Assembly (NCBI GenBank): GCA_963719225.1
Contig: CAVRAY010000001.1
Location: forward strand, 416,001 to 480,000
DNA: 64,000 nucleotides
Reading direction: 5' to 3'
DNA from: Thermoanaerobaculia bacterium
Lineage (GTDB): Bacteria > Acidobacteriota > Thermoanaerobaculia > UBA5066
The notes below the pieces were generated by a model. It ran no database searches, was not told the DNA's origin, and saw only the letters and a program-made list of their open reading frames with translations. Positions 1 through 11,286 of this stretch are shown here, piece after piece. Position numbers and translations under genes: made by a program. How positions within the stretch are numbered: the first letter of the stretch is position 1; every line of letters begins with the position of its first letter.

Positions 1-1027
1 GATGCGCCGGGCAGAGGAGGACGGCGCGACTCTCATGATCTGCTCCGACCACGGCTTCAAGTGGGAGGAGGACCGGACGTGTCAACGCTCTTCGCTCAAC
101 TTCGCCACTGCGGCCTTCTGGCACCGACTGGACGGAATCCTTCTCCTGTGGGGAAACAACGTAAGACCCTCGCCCGGACGGGGGGATGCGAGCGTGTACG
201 ACGTGGCGCCCACGGTCTCCGCGCTCCTCGAACTCCCCGTCGACCCGAAGATGCAGGGGAAGGCGCTCCTCTCCGCTTTCCAAGGTGTGTCGTCGCCGCC
301 CCGCCGCGAGGTCTTCCGGAATGTGGAGGTTCGCCGGCTCGCGTCCAACGCGCCCACGGCCGCGCAGCGGAGCGAGTATGCCGAGAAGCTGCGCTCCCTC
401 GGCTACCTCACCGGGTCGGAGTCGAAGAGCCTTTCGGTGGCGGACGAGGGGGCCAGGCCGGGCCGAACCGAGGGGGCGTGGAACAACCTCGGGCTCTACC
501 AGCGGGAAGCGGGTCTCCTCGACGAAGCGGAGCGGTCGTTCCGGGAATCGCTGCGCCTGAAGCCGGACTACTCCTCTCCCATGTTCAATCTCGCCGTCCT
601 CGAGCGGACGCGGGGCCGTTGGGAACCTGCCCTCGACTGGCTCTTCAAGTCGCTCGCGGCAGGCCACGCGGAGCCCGACGAAACTCTTCTGCAGTGGGTT
701 TCGGCCGCAACGAAGGCGAAGCGGAGATCCTCCGCTGTCGCGATCCTGGAACGGGGCGTCGAGCGGTATCCCAAGGCCGAAAAGCTGAGATGGCCGCTGG
801 CCCGCCTCCGCCTCGAGGCGAAGGACTGTGAGGGTGCTCTCGCGGCGTTGCGAGACTTCGCGGAAAAGGGGAGCCGGGAAACCCTGAACCTCCTCGGCCT
901 ATCCGAGATGTGCCTCGGGCACCCGGAACAAGCGCGCCAGTACCTCGAACGCTCGCTGGCCCTCGATCCCGCTCAGCCTCCGATTCGGGAGGCACTCCGG
1001 CTCATGGCAGAAGCAGCGCAGAACTAA
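1..1027 (+). CDS. Alkaline phosphatase/nucleotide pyrophosphatase-family protein with C-terminal TPR repeats (5' partial)
   Basis: SDHGF metal motif, YDVAPT..LL and LRSLGYL motifs followed by TPR helices (AWNNLG..Y, FNLA). Clear paralog of 5395..7380. Truncated by the window edge. Confidence 0.8.
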   Translation, partial: MRRAEEDGATLMICSDHGFKWEEDRTCQRSSLNFATAAFWHRLDGILLLWGNNVRPSPGRGDASVYDVAPTVSALLELPVDPKMQGKALLSAFQGVSSPPRREVFRNVEVRRLASNAPTAAQRSEYAEKLRSLGYLTGSESKSLSVADEGARPGRTEGAWNNLGLYQREAGLLDEAERSFRESLRLKPDYSSPMFNLAVLERTRGRWEPALDWLFKSLAAGHAEPDETLLQWVSAATKAKRRSSAVAILERGVERYPKAEKLRWPLARLRLEAKDCEGALAALRDFAEKGSRETLNLLGLSEMCLGHPEQARQYLERSLALDPAQPPIREALRLMAEAAQN

Positions 1028-2091
1028 TTCTTCGGGAGCATAGTCTTCGCCACGGTCTCGAGCGTCGCGAGGACGTCGTGCCCCCTTTGCAGGACGTCAA
1101 CGCCGGCGCCTTCCTTCGTCTGGAACTCGAACTCGACCTCGGTGAACCGGACTTCCTTCGGGAGCCGATCGCGCCGGTAGTGCCAAGTCTCGCGAGTCCC
1201 CTGGAGCGTCTCGGCGGAAAGCGCGACACGAGGCACGAGCCGCATGGACGTGCTGCCGTCCGCATTCCTGACCATCTCGGAAGTGGGAGCATTCCGGCTG
1301 ACCTGAATCGGGTCGTCTTCGGGCTTGAGAGGGCTTTGGCCGACATAGCTCGGGGGACCGAGCAGGACGAAGACAAGCCCCCGATCCGTCGCGCTTCCCC
1401 TCGTCTCGCCCTGCTTGAGTCGCAGGTCTGCGAACCGGATCCTGCGTTCGATCTCCTGCTTTTGCGCCGGATCCCGTCGCTGCCAGAAAGTGTGGATGAA
1501 CTCTACCCGGTCTGCCGTAGACTGGAGAGCCCGCCAAGACTGCTTTTCCTCCTTCGTCATGAAGTACCGGACGGGACCTTCAGCCCAGCGCTCGTCTGGG
1601 AACGCCGCCGGCTCCTCCTGGTCTTCGGGGAAGAAGTGTGCGTAATCGCTCGCGATCCCGTTGTCGAGGGCGGCGGGAACATGCGGCGGCGGCGGCGCCT
1701 TCTCTCGGACGTTATTGAAGACCTCGATCACGGCCTTCGGAAACATGGCCGGGTCGAGCCGCGCGTTGGGCGCGGCTTCCAGATACTTCTCGAACTGGAG
1801 GCGCGCGTCCTCGTTCTTCCCGAGGGCCGCCAGGTTCGCGCCCCGGTAAAACGCAATGATCGGCTCCAGCTTCGTCCGCGCGGCCTCGAATCCGGACGCG
1901 CGGCTCATCTCGTCCAGCCGGTGGAAGGTCTCGAGGGAGGCCTCGTAGGTCCCCGTCCTGAACTCGGACTTCCCCTTCTGGAACAGCTCGTTGAGGGGAG
2001 CTTGCGCCCGGGCGTCCGTCGCGAAGAGCACCCCGGCGAAGATCATCAGTATCGGGGACCGCCAGAACCACCGGGAGAAGGTGCTACTCAT
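1024..2091 (-). CDS. GWxTD domain-containing protein with signal peptide and N-terminal TPR-like region
   Basis: WAEGPVRYFMTKEEK..W, FIHTFWQRRDP, RRIRFAD, GSATDRGLVFVLLGPP (variant of GWxTDRG) and ETWHY. Confidence 0.8.
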   Translation of the reverse strand: MSSTFSRWFWRSPILMIFAGVLFATDARAQAPLNELFQKGKSEFRTGTYEASLETFHRLDEMSRASGFEAARTKLEPIIAFYRGANLAALGKNEDARLQFEKYLEAAPNARLDPAMFPKAVIEVFNNVREKAPPPPHVPAALDNGIASDYAHFFPEDQEEPAAFPDERWAEGPVRYFMTKEEKQSWRALQSTADRVEFIHTFWQRRDPAQKQEIERRIRFADLRLKQGETRGSATDRGLVFVLLGPPSYVGQSPLKPEDDPIQVSRNAPTSEMVRNADGSTSMRLVPRVALSAETLQGTRETWHYRRDRLPKEVRFTEVEFEFQTKEGAGVDVLQRGHDVLATLETVAKTMLPKN

Positions 2092-2230
2092 CGCACGCCT
2101 CGAAACGCATCGAGTCTACCTCAAGGCAGGGCCTTCATTCGAATAGAATCGAATAGCAAACTCTCCATCGGCCGTCGAACCCCAGGTCGAGATCCCCCGT
2201 TTTCGTTTCGATTCAGGAGGTAGATCGAAT
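2092..2230. promoter_or_regulatory. Divergent promoter region (GWxTD gene / TonB receptor)
   Basis: -10-like TAGAAT at 2144-2149 (+) and TAGACT at 2113-2118 (-). AGGAGG RBS before ATG 2231. Confidence 0.45.
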
Positions 2231-5200
2231 ATGAGATCTCGTTGGCTGAGCACGTTCGTGTTGCTCGCGCTCACCGTTCTCGGTTCGATGGCGAACGAGG
2301 CTCGTTCCCAGACGACCGGAGATATCGAGGGCGCGGTCAGCGACTCGAATAACTCACCGCTTGCCGGCGGGTCGGTCGAGATTAAGTCGTCGGCTCTTCA
2401 GGGCACCCGCACGGCCGTGACGGATGCCGCCGGCCGCTTCCGCTTCCCGGCGCTCCCGCCCGGCGACTACGCGGTCGTCGCGTCGCTGTCCGGTTTCACG
2501 AAGGTGGAGAGATCGAGTATTCACGTCCGGCTCGGCGCCACGGTCACGATTCCCATCTCGTTGTCAGTCTCGGTGAAGGAGGACATCATCGTCACGGGTG
2601 AAGCTCCGGTTGTCGACACGACCAGGACGGTCATCGGGACGACGACCTCGGCCGAGTCTCTCCAGAAGCTTCCGCTCGCCCGCAACTTCTCGTCCATCGC
2701 ATTTCGCGCGCCCGGCACGGGCACCGATAACGCCGGCGGCGCGACGGTATACGGCGCGACGTCGCTCGAGAACCAGTACATCATCGACGGCGTCAACACG
2801 AGCGCCATCAAGGGATACTCGCTCGGCACGACCGACGGCAACCAGGGCAAGACGCTGAACCAGGAGTTCATCCAGGAAGTCGAGGTCAAGACCGGCGGCT
2901 ACGAGGCCGAATACGGCCGGGCCCTCGGCGGAACAATCAACGTCGTCACGAAGTCCGGCGGCAACGAGTTCCACGGAGACCTCTTTGGGTACTACGACCC
3001 GAAGAACGTCGCCGCCGTCGACGCACACCAGGCCGACCGCGCGGCCGAGGGCCTCGCCTCGCTTGCGGTCGCAAACCGTGTCGACTACGGCGCGGATCTT
3101 GGCGGCTACTTCGTCAAGGATCGCCTCTGGTTCTTCGGCGCGTACGACCGGGTCCAGAGAGATCAGGACTTCACCCGGCAGCTCACGGGGGTCACCTCCA
3201 CGGGTACCCTCTGCGGCACCGCCTGTCCGCAATCGAGTGGCACGACGGCGACTAGGTCGGACCTCTTCTCCGGCAAGCTCACGCTCCGCCTCGGCGAGGC
3301 CAACACGATCGCGGTCGCGGCGTTCGGCGACCCGAGCACGACCGGCAACACGGTGCGCGCCATCGTCGGTCCCGACGCGGCCGCCCTCGGAAACCGGGAC
3401 TTCGGCGGCACGGACCTTTCGGCGAAGTACGACGGCATCTTCGGCACGCAGTTCCTCGCCCAAGGTCAGTTTGGCTACCACGCGGAAAAGAACAAGATTG
3501 CAGCGGCGAATTCGGCGGCGGCCGATCCCCTCGTCGCGCCTGACTTCATCCGCACGCAGCCGGGCTTCCTCACCGAGCGCTACCCGAACTCCGGCTTCGG
3601 CACCGTGACCGACGAGAATTTCAAGCGGTACGCCTACAAACTCGCTGGCACCTGGTTTCTGGGCGCGAACGAGATCAAGGGCGGCGCGGACTTCGAGGAC
3701 ATCAAGTCCTCGTTCGCGACGAACTACATCGGCATCACGCGGCGCTTCCTCGCGGTCTCTGAGGGCGGCACCGAGCTCACGAGCCAGCATCGGTATTACG
3801 CCTCCGTTCCTCTCGGCCTGAACTGCCTCCGGAGCGCGGACGGCACGGTCCCGGTCGCGGGCGAAATCGTGCTCATCACCGACTGTAAGGGCTGGAAACC
3901 GGGGCAGGATTTCTCCGACCCTCACACCCAGAACCTCGGGGCCTTCGTGCAGGATTCCGTGAAGCTCCTGAAGAACCTCACCGTCAACGTCGGAGTCCGT
4001 TACGAACAGCAAAAGCTGTACGGCGTCGAGGTCGCCACAACGTTCACCGTGAAGAACGAGTGGTCGCCGCGCCTCGGCATCGTGTGGGACCCGATGAACA
4101 ACGGCAGGTCCAAGGTCTTCGGTTCCTACGGCCGCTTCTACACCGCGATCCCGCAGGACCTCCAGACCCGCTCGCTCGGCCGCGAAGCGACCATCATCGT
4201 GTCGAACACCACGACCACGAACACTCTGAACCCGATCGGGGCGGTGGGCTTTGCCCAGACCGGCGACTTCGTGAACCCTGAGGGCCTCAAAGGCATGTAT
4301 CAGGACGAGGCGATCCTGGGCTTCGAGTACGAAGTCGCCCGGGGCTGGTCCATCGGAGTCAAGGGAATCTACAAGGCCCTAGGCCGCGTCCTCGAGGATC
4401 GCTGTGACATCCCGTACAACGCCGACACGACCGCAATCCTGTCGTCTGACGATCCGTACATCAAGGCCTTCCAGCCGACGTGCGCGCTCATCAACGTCGG
4501 GGAAGGCGGTACCTTGAACACGATCAAGGACCCGGCTGACAAGCAGTGCTACCCGAACGGCGCCACGAACCCCGAAGGCTCCTACAAAGCGTCCTCGCCT
4601 TGCGAGACGACGCATGCGGTCCGCAAGTACCGCGGGATCGAACTGGATCTTGCCCACCGTTTCTCGAACAACTTCTTCATGCAGGCCTCCTACGTCTACT
4701 CGAAGCTCGAGGGGAACTACTCGGGCAACCTTTCGCAGACGCGTGAAGGTGGTCAGTTCGACCCGAACATCAACGCGGACTTCGACTACCCGGGCCTCGT
4801 GACGAACTCCTACGGCCTTCTCCGGAACGACACGCCGCATCAGGCCAAGTTCACGGGCTACTACGCCTTCCCGTTCGGCCTCACGGCGGGCTTGAACTTC
4901 ACGTTCCAGTCCGGCCGTCCGATCAGCCTGATCGGCTGCCCCGAGGACTTCGTGGCCTGCGCGTTCGGCTATTCGCAGGAAGGCTTCATCGTCCCCAAGG
5001 GCACGTATGGCCGGATGCCCTCGATCTACGAGGGTGACTTCCACCTCGAGTACGCGCTGCGCATCGGACAGGTCTCGATCACGCCCATGGTCGACGTCTT
5101 CAACTTTCTGAACCGTCAGGCGGAGACGTCGCGGGACGATCTTTACAACAACCAGGGCGAAGCCGCCCTCAACGCTCCCTGCACGGCTCCGGCGAGCGAC

Positions 5201-5320
5201 ACGACCAACGCGGGCAAGACGGGCTTCTTCGCCTCCTGCGCCCCGAACGCGAACTACGGCAAGCCGATTGCGTGGCAGGCGCCGCGGTCGGTCCGCTTCG
5301 GCGCTCGCGTTTCCTTCTAA
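2231..5320 (+). CDS. TonB-dependent receptor (Oar-like) with N-terminal carboxypeptidase-regulatory-like domain
   Basis: Signal peptide, G.IEGAV.D...L.G..V N-domain, plug motif IQEVEVKTGGYEAEYGRALGGTINVVTKSGGNEFHG, barrel strands and C-terminal RFGARVSF. Confidence 0.92.
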   Translation: MRSRWLSTFVLLALTVLGSMANEARSQTTGDIEGAVSDSNNSPLAGGSVEIKSSALQGTRTAVTDAAGRFRFPALPPGDYAVVASLSGFTKVERSSIHVRLGATVTIPISLSVSVKEDIIVTGEAPVVDTTRTVIGTTTSAESLQKLPLARNFSSIAFRAPGTGTDNAGGATVYGATSLENQYIIDGVNTSAIKGYSLGTTDGNQGKTLNQEFIQEVEVKTGGYEAEYGRALGGTINVVTKSGGNEFHGDLFGYYDPKNVAAVDAHQADRAAEGLASLAVANRVDYGADLGGYFVKDRLWFFGAYDRVQRDQDFTRQLTGVTSTGTLCGTACPQSSGTTATRSDLFSGKLTLRLGEANTIAVAAFGDPSTTGNTVRAIVGPDAAALGNRDFGGTDLSAKYDGIFGTQFLAQGQFGYHAEKNKIAAANSAAADPLVAPDFIRTQPGFLTERYPNSGFGTVTDENFKRYAYKLAGTWFLGANEIKGGADFEDIKSSFATNYIGITRRFLAVSEGGTELTSQHRYYASVPLGLNCLRSADGTVPVAGEIVLITDCKGWKPGQDFSDPHTQNLGAFVQDSVKLLKNLTVNVGVRYEQQKLYGVEVATTFTVKNEWSPRLGIVWDPMNNGRSKVFGSYGRFYTAIPQDLQTRSLGREATIIVSNTTTTNTLNPIGAVGFAQTGDFVNPEGLKGMYQDEAILGFEYEVARGWSIGVKGIYKALGRVLEDRCDIPYNADTTAILSSDDPYIKAFQPTCALINVGEGGTLNTIKDPADKQCYPNGATNPEGSYKASSPCETTHAVRKYRGIELDLAHRFSNNFFMQASYVYSKLEGNYSGNLSQTREGGQFDPNINADFDYPGLVTNSYGLLRNDTPHQAKFTGYYAFPFGLTAGLNFTFQSGRPISLIGCPEDFVACAFGYSQEGFIVPKGTYGRMPSIYEGDFHLEYALRIGQVSITPMVDVFNFLNRQAETSRDDLYNNQGEAALNAPCTAPASDTTNAGKTGFFASCAPNANYGKPIAWQAPRSVRFGARVSF

Positions 5321-5342
5321 CTCGTTCTCGATCGATTCTTTC

Positions 5343-5373
5343 GGGCCCCGGGCAACCGGGGCCCTTTCTTCTT
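5343..5373 (+). terminator. Intrinsic terminator after TonB receptor
   Basis: Perfect 9-bp stem GGGCCCCGG/CCGGGGCCC, GCAA tetraloop, followed by TTTCTTCTT. Confidence 0.8.
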
Positions 5374-5394
5374 GGGCCAGTAGAATCCTTTCCG

Positions 5395-7380
5395 GTGGCT
5401 CGACTTTCCCGTCATCCGAAGAGGCTCGCCGTCTTCGCCGCAGCGCCGCTCCTCGCCGCGGCCCTGCCCGCACAGGCTTCGAACCCGCCCGCGCCGGCAG
5501 CGGCTTCGAGGCCGCGCATCGTCCTCGTGGGCTGGGACGGCGCGGACTGGAAGCTGCTCGACCCGCTCCTCAAGGACGGGCGGCTTCCGAACCTCGCGGG
5601 AGTGATCGCGCGCGGAAGAACCTGGAGCTTCGCCACGTACCAGCCGATGGCTTCGCCGTTGATCTGGACCACGATCGCGACGGGGCGGACGCCGGTGGAC
5701 CACGGCGTGACGGACTTCCAGGAGCTGGATCTGAAGACCCGGGCGCGCCTCCCCATCTCCGGCCGGTCGCGCAGGGTGCCCGCGATCTGGAACCTGGCCT
5801 CCGCGAAGGGCCTGACGGTGGGCGTCGTCGGCTGGTGGGCGACGTGGCCGGCCGAGAATGTGAAAGGCTTCTTCGTCTCGGACCGTGCGGCGCCCGTGCT
5901 CTTCGATCCCGAGGCCCTCTCGAAGTCCCCCGGGCTCACGTGGCCGGAAGGTCTCGCCGACGGCGTGCGCCTCATCGGACGGCGCGAAGGCAACCCTTCG
6001 TTCGAAGACGTCGCCCAGGCGCTGCACGTTTCGCGCGCCGAGTTCGACGCGGCGGTCGCGGAGAAGAAGGACCTCTCCAACCCGATCACGGGCTATCGGA
6101 AGATCCTCGGCGTCACGCGCGTCATCGGGAAAGTCACCCTCGAGCTGTACGACCGCGGTGCCCCCGAGCTGTTGATGGTGTACTTCCAGGGGACCGACGA
6201 GATCGGCCACGTCCTCGGCCGCTACGATGCGCCGAAGCTGCCGGCGGTCTCCGAAGGGGAGTTCAGGAAGTACAAGGACGGCGTCGCCGCGTTCTACGCC
6301 GAGGCCGACCGCATCCTCGGAGAGCTGGCCCGACGCGCCCAGAACGACGGCGCGACGCTGATCCTCGTCTCGGACCACGGTTTCAAGCAGGGCTCCGACC
6401 GCCCCGCCCTCGCGTCCGGAACGAACTTCGACAGCGCTTTTCTCTGGCACGAGCAGCCGGGAGTCCTCGTCGCGGCGGGCCCCGCGGTGACGCCGTCTCG
6501 GGCGCGCGGAAAGGCGAACGTCTTCGACCTCACCCCCACGCTCTGCAGGATCCTCGGCTTGCCTCAGGATCCGGCCTTCGAGGGAAAGACCATCGCGGGC
6601 TTCCGGCTCCGGCCGGCCGTGGCGCGGGCGGCGTGGGCGAAGGCGGCGCCGGTCGAGCGCCTCGCCGTCGCGGTGAGCCCCGACGCCGACCGGAAATCCG
6701 CCGAGGAGTTCACGAAGCAGCTCATCTCGCTCGGCTACCTCACGGGCGCCGAAGCCTCGGCCGTGGACGCGCGCCCCGCCGACCGAACCGGAACCGAGAC
6801 CGCGGGCTCCTTTCAGAACGTCGGCACGTTCCTGCGCGAGCGCGGAAAGCCGGCGGAGGCGGTGACCTGGTATCGCAAGGCCCTCGAAGTGAACCCGAAG
6901 TCCGCGACGGCCTGGGTGAACCTTTCGACGGCGCTCCACCAGATCGGCCGCCACGACGAATCCGACGACGCGCTCGTGACGGCCGTCCAGAACGGCTATT
7001 TCGATCCCGAAGCGACGGTCTATCGCCGCGTGAAGCTCTACGCGGAGGGCCCGAAGAACCGGGAGCAGCGGCGGAGGCTGGTCTCTTTCATGCGCAAGGT
7101 GGTCGCAGCCTTTCCGCGCGACGACCGCTATCGCGCCTCGCTCGGGAAGGCGCTCTTCGAGGATCAGGATTGCGCGTCGGCGCAGCCGATCTTCGTGGAG
7201 CTCGCGGGAAGGACGCCCGTGGACCCGGACAACCTGAATCTCCTCGCGCTGACGAGCTGGTGCCTCGGGGAAACTTCCCGGGCCCAGGACGCTTTCAAGC
7301 GCTCGCTGGCGGTGAACCCGAATCAGCCGGTCGTCCGCGAGGGCCTCGCGACCCTTCAGAAGGGTCAGCCGCCGCGATGA
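5395..7380 (+). CDS. Alkaline phosphatase/NPP-family phosphodiesterase with TPR repeats, secreted
   Basis: GWDGADW, SPLIWTTIATG, GTDEIGH, SDHGF and C-terminal TPRs. GTG start chosen because it follows the terminator and a TAGAAT box and opens a signal peptide. Confidence 0.8.
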   Translation: MARLSRHPKRLAVFAAAPLLAAALPAQASNPPAPAAASRPRIVLVGWDGADWKLLDPLLKDGRLPNLAGVIARGRTWSFATYQPMASPLIWTTIATGRTPVDHGVTDFQELDLKTRARLPISGRSRRVPAIWNLASAKGLTVGVVGWWATWPAENVKGFFVSDRAAPVLFDPEALSKSPGLTWPEGLADGVRLIGRREGNPSFEDVAQALHVSRAEFDAAVAEKKDLSNPITGYRKILGVTRVIGKVTLELYDRGAPELLMVYFQGTDEIGHVLGRYDAPKLPAVSEGEFRKYKDGVAAFYAEADRILGELARRAQNDGATLILVSDHGFKQGSDRPALASGTNFDSAFLWHEQPGVLVAAGPAVTPSRARGKANVFDLTPTLCRILGLPQDPAFEGKTIAGFRLRPAVARAAWAKAAPVERLAVAVSPDADRKSAEEFTKQLISLGYLTGAEASAVDARPADRTGTETAGSFQNVGTFLRERGKPAEAVTWYRKALEVNPKSATAWVNLSTALHQIGRHDESDDALVTAVQNGYFDPEATVYRRVKLYAEGPKNREQRRRLVSFMRKVVAAFPRDDRYRASLGKALFEDQDCASAQPIFVELAGRTPVDPDNLNLLALTSWCLGETSRAQDAFKRSLAVNPNQPVVREGLATLQKGQPPR

Positions 7381-8321
7381 GCGTGCCGCACGTCCCCCGA
7401 AAGGTGTCCGTCGTCGTGCCGGTCTACAACGAGGAGGCGAACCTCCCGGAGCTTTTGCCGCGCCTTCTTCCCGTCCTCCGCGGCCTCGGCCGTCCCTTCG
7501 AGATCGTCTTCGCGGACGACGGCTCGCGCGACCGGTCGCTCGAGATTCTAAAGGCCGCCGCCGCCGCCCATCCGGGCCACGTGAAGGTCGTCGAGCTGGT
7601 GCGGAACGCGGGCCAGCACATGGCGATCCTCGCGGGCTTCACGGCGACGGACGGCGAGTACGTCCTCACGCTCGACGCCGATCTCCAGAATCCGCCCGAG
7701 GAGATCCCGAAGCTCGTGGACGCGATGGATCAGGGTCACGACGTCGTCGGGACGATCCGGCAGAACCGGCGGGACACGTTCTTCCGGCGCGTCGCGTCCC
7801 GACTCGTGAACCGCACGACGGCCGTGATCACCGGCATGCGCCTGAACGACTACGGCTGCATGCTGCGCGGATACCACCGCGACGTCGTGGACGTCATGTC
7901 GGCCTCGGACGAGGCCGCGACCTTCCTTCCCGCGCTCGCGCAGCAGTACGCCCGGCGGCCGATCGAGATCCCCGTGGCGCACGCCGAGCGCACGGCGGGC
8001 GAGTCGAAGTATTCTCTGTACAAGCTCGTGCGTCTGAACTTCGACCTCATGACCGGTTTTTCCGTCGTGCCGCTGCAGCTCTTCACGCTGTTCGGGTTCG
8101 TCACGGCCCTCTCGGGGTTCGGGTTCGGCGTCTTCCTGCTCCTGCGCCGGCTCGTGGGAGGCGCCGAGGCGGAGGGCGTCTTCACGCTCTTCGCGCTCGC
8201 CTTCGTCGTCATGGGCGTCCTCATGGCCGGGATCGGGATCGTGGGCGAGTACGTGGGTCGCATCTACCAGCAGGTGCGCGGTCGCCCGCGCTTCCTGATC
8301 CGGAAAGTCTGGGGGGCCTGA
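7377..8321 (+). CDS. arnC: Undecaprenyl-phosphate Ara4FN transferase-like GT2
   Basis: [51 protein letters not shown], two C-terminal TM helices. ATGA overlap with upstream gene; adjacent to arnA/arnD-like genes. Confidence 0.82.
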   Translation: MSVPHVPRKVSVVVPVYNEEANLPELLPRLLPVLRGLGRPFEIVFADDGSRDRSLEILKAAAAAHPGHVKVVELVRNAGQHMAILAGFTATDGEYVLTLDADLQNPPEEIPKLVDAMDQGHDVVGTIRQNRRDTFFRRVASRLVNRTTAVITGMRLNDYGCMLRGYHRDVVDVMSASDEAATFLPALAQQYARRPIEIPVAHAERTAGESKYSLYKLVRLNFDLMTGFSVVPLQLFTLFGFVTALSGFGFGVFLLLRRLVGGAEAEGVFTLFALAFVVMGVLMAGIGIVGEYVGRIYQQVRGRPRFLIRKVWGA

Positions 8322-9235
8322 TGGGGGGAATTGTCGTCTGTGCTTACTCCGACGTCGGGTACAAGTGCCTGAAGACGCTCTTCGACGCCGGCGAGAGCGT
8401 GCGCGTCGTCTACACGCACGACGACATCCCGGGGGAGGAGCGCTGGTTCGACTCGGTGGCGGAGCTCGCGCGAGAGCATGGCATCGAGCCGCGGCGCGTC
8501 GCCGACCTGAACGACCCTCTCGACGAAAAGAGCATCCGCGCCGTGTCGCCGGATTTCCTGCTCTCCTTCTACTTCCGGAAGATGATTCCGGGACGCATCC
8601 TCGCCCTCGCGCGCCGCGGAGCTCTCAACATGCACGGCTCTCTCCTGCCCGCGTTCCGCGGCCGCTCGCCGGTGAATTGGGCGATTCTCAAGGGGGCGAC
8701 GGAGACCGGGGCCTCCCTCCACTACATGACCGAGAAGCCGGACGCCGGCGACCTCGTGGACCAGGAGAGCGTTCCTATCGGGCCCGAAGACGACGCCCTG
8801 GCCGTGTCGCGCCGGGTCGCGGACGCGGCCGCGCTCGTCCTCGCGCGGTCGCTTCCCCGCCTCAAGGCAGGCACTGCTGCGCGCATTCCGCTCGACCTCT
8901 CGAAGGGGTCCTATTTCGGCGGCCGCAAGCCCGAGGACGGTCTCATCGACTGGACACAGAGCGCGAAAGAGATCCACGACCTCGTCCGCGCCGTCACGAA
9001 GCCCTGGCCCGGCGCGTTCACGGACGTCTTCGGCAAGAAAGTCACGATCTGGAAGACGCGGCTCTCCCCCCACGGCGGACACGACGTCTTTTCGGGAAAA
9101 GTCGAGCTCACGGAGCGCTCCGTGATCGTCTTCGCGGGGGACGACCACACGGTCGAGATCGTGGCGGCGCGCCCGGAGGGCGGAGCGGATCTCGATGCCG
9201 CGGGATTCCACTCCTGGCTGTTGAGCAGCGTCTGA
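8321..9235 (+). CDS. UDP-L-Ara4N formyltransferase (stand-alone N-terminal half of ArnA)
   Basis: [61 protein letters not shown]. Confidence 0.85.
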   Translation: MGGIVVCAYSDVGYKCLKTLFDAGESVRVVYTHDDIPGEERWFDSVAELAREHGIEPRRVADLNDPLDEKSIRAVSPDFLLSFYFRKMIPGRILALARRGALNMHGSLLPAFRGRSPVNWAILKGATETGASLHYMTEKPDAGDLVDQESVPIGPEDDALAVSRRVADAAALVLARSLPRLKAGTAARIPLDLSKGSYFGGRKPEDGLIDWTQSAKEIHDLVRAVTKPWPGAFTDVFGKKVTIWKTRLSPHGGHDVFSGKVELTERSVIVFAGDDHTVEIVAARPEGGADLDAAGFHSWLLSSV

Positions 9236-10266
9236 TGAGAGTCCTGATCCTCGGCGTCAACGGCTTCATCGGGAACGCCCTCACGCGCCGCATCCTCACC
9301 GGCACGGACTGGGAGGTTTTCGGCCTCGACGTCGGAAGCGACCGCATCGAGGAGTTCCTGCCCGACAAGAGGTTCCGCTTCCTCGAGGGCGACATTTCGA
9401 TCAACCGCGAGTGGATCGAATACCACGTCAAGAAGTGCGACGTCGTGCTGCCGCTCGTCGCGATCGCGACTCCCGCGACGTACGTGAAGAACCCGCTGTC
9501 CGTCTTCGAGCTGGACTTCGAGGAGAACCTCCGGATCATCAAGATGGCGGGGAAGTACGGCAAGCGCGTCGTCTTTCCGTCCACGTCCGAGGTCTACGGG
9601 ATGTGCCCGGACAAGGAATTCGACGAGGACCGCTCGCCGCTCGTCTACGGGCCTATCGCGAAGCCCCGCTGGATCTACTCGGCCTCCAAGCAGCTCCTCG
9701 ACCGCGTCATCTCCGCGATGGGCGCCGCGCAGGGGCTGAAGTACACGCTCTTCCGCCCGTTCAACTGGTACGGCCCGCACCTCGACAACGTGGACGCGCC
9801 CAAGGAAGGCTCGAGCCGCGTCCTCACGCAGTTCCTGCACAACATCCTCTACGGCGTGCCCATCAAGCTCGTGGACGGCGGCGCGCAGCGGCGATGCTTC
9901 ACGTACATCGAGGACGGCATCGACGGGCTCATGACGATCCTCGAGAACCCGCGCGGAAAAGCCGACAGCCAGATCTTCAACCTCGGGAACCCCCGGGCCG
10001 ACCTGTCGATCGACGAGCTCGCGCACGCACTCATCGACACCGTGGCGACGTATCCGAAATTCGCCGCGGCCGCGAAGAAAACGCGGATCGTGAAAGTCTC
10101 GTCGAAGGAGTACTACGGCGAGGGCTATCAGGACATCACGACGCGCGTGCCGTCGGTCGCGAAGGCGAAGAAGCTCCTCGGGTGGACGCCGAAGACGGAC
10201 TTTCCGACGGGACTCCGGAAGACGCTCGACTTCTACCTCAAAGGCCGCAAGCCTCCCGTCGTTTGA
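9235..10266 (+). CDS. UDP-glucuronate decarboxylase (stand-alone C-terminal half of ArnA)
   Basis: [73 protein letters not shown]. Confidence 0.92.
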   Translation: MRVLILGVNGFIGNALTRRILTGTDWEVFGLDVGSDRIEEFLPDKRFRFLEGDISINREWIEYHVKKCDVVLPLVAIATPATYVKNPLSVFELDFEENLRIIKMAGKYGKRVVFPSTSEVYGMCPDKEFDEDRSPLVYGPIAKPRWIYSASKQLLDRVISAMGAAQGLKYTLFRPFNWYGPHLDNVDAPKEGSSRVLTQFLHNILYGVPIKLVDGGAQRRCFTYIEDGIDGLMTILENPRGKADSQIFNLGNPRADLSIDELAHALIDTVATYPKFAAAAKKTRIVKVSSKEYYGEGYQDITTRVPSVAKAKKLLGWTPKTDFPTGLRKTLDFYLKGRKPPVV

Positions 10267-11279
10267 AGAAGCTCGCCCTCAAGGTCGACGTCGACACCTA
10301 CCGCGGGACGCTGGAAGGCGTGCCGCGTCTCGTGGACCTCTTCGAAAAGCACGGCGTCAAGGCGACGTTCTTCTTCTCGCTCGGACCCGACACGAGCGGC
10401 AAGGCGATCAAGCGCATCTTCCGGAAGGGCTTCGTGAAGAAGGTCCTCTCGGCGAGCCCGGCGGCGTCTTACGGCTTCCGCACGATGCTCTACGGGACGC
10501 TGCTTCCGGCGCCGGACATCGGCGGCCGCAAAGAAACCGTCGCCCGGATGCGCGAGGCCTCGGCCGCGGGACACGCCGTCGGCATCCACGCGTGGGACCA
10601 CATCGACTGGCACGACCGCCTGCCGGCGATGGCGAGGTCCGAGATCGAGGACGTCGTCGCGAAAGAACACGCGCGCTTCGCGGCGATCTTCGGGAAGCCC
10701 GCGTTGTTCCAGGCAGCTCCGGGATGGACCGCGACCCCGCTTTCCGTCGAAGTGCAGGAATCGCACGGCCTCCTCGCGACCTCGGACACGCGCGGCGGCG
10801 AGCCGTTCTTCGCGCTGCGCGCGGATGGCGTGCCGAGCAAGGTCCTCGAGATCCCTTCGACGCTGCCGACGCTGGATGAGCTCTTGGCCCTCTCGTTGCC
10901 TGGGGCCGGGACCCAGATTGAAAAGGCCTGCAAATTTCTTAGAAAGGGAATGAAGGGAGGCGCGTCGGCGGGGGGCGGCGGGGCAGAGTCTGCGGTGGCG
11001 GTGCCTGAGCAGACCGCGGCTCGAGAGCCCGTCGAAGTCCATTCGATTCACACGGAAATCGAGGGCGGCACCGCCTATTTCGCGCCCTTTACCGATTTGC
11101 TCGCCGCCTGGAGGAGCGACGGCGTGACCTTTCTTACCTTCGAAGAAATTTGCAGAACGCTGCTCCCCGCGGATACGCCTGCACGAAACGCTCGGGAGCA
11201 AATATCGATTCCTGTCAAGCGTCTCACCTTCACGATGCTCCCTGGACGCGCGCTGCCCGTCGCGACGGGAGTGGGATGA
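10263..11279 (+). CDS. arnD: Ara4FN-undecaprenyl-phosphate deformylase-like polysaccharide deacetylase
   Basis: TTG start overlapping previous stop. [59 protein letters not shown]. Confidence 0.82.
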   Translation: MKKLALKVDVDTYRGTLEGVPRLVDLFEKHGVKATFFFSLGPDTSGKAIKRIFRKGFVKKVLSASPAASYGFRTMLYGTLLPAPDIGGRKETVARMREASAAGHAVGIHAWDHIDWHDRLPAMARSEIEDVVAKEHARFAAIFGKPALFQAAPGWTATPLSVEVQESHGLLATSDTRGGEPFFALRADGVPSKVLEIPSTLPTLDELLALSLPGAGTQIEKACKFLRKGMKGGASAGGGGAESAVAVPEQTAAREPVEVHSIHTEIEGGTAYFAPFTDLLAAWRSDGVTFLTFEEICRTLLPADTPARNAREQISIPVKRLTFTMLPGRALPVATGVG

Positions 11280-11286
11280 TTCGCGC

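Noticed and set aside
2139-2156. TCGAATAG tandem repeat as an operator
   Set aside because: Only two 8-bp copies, TCGA is very frequent in this genome, and it overlaps a -10-like box. Too weak to call.
8321-10266. Split arnA as a pseudogene or novelty
   Set aside because: Both halves are intact with a TGATG coupling, and separate formyltransferase and decarboxylase genes are already known (e.g. Burkholderia).
10928-11155. MITE inserted in arnD (13-bp inverted repeats)
   Set aside because: The enclosed DNA encodes the conserved Arn[10 protein letters not shown] motif and I see no target duplication, so it is not an insertion. Kept as a motif finding instead.
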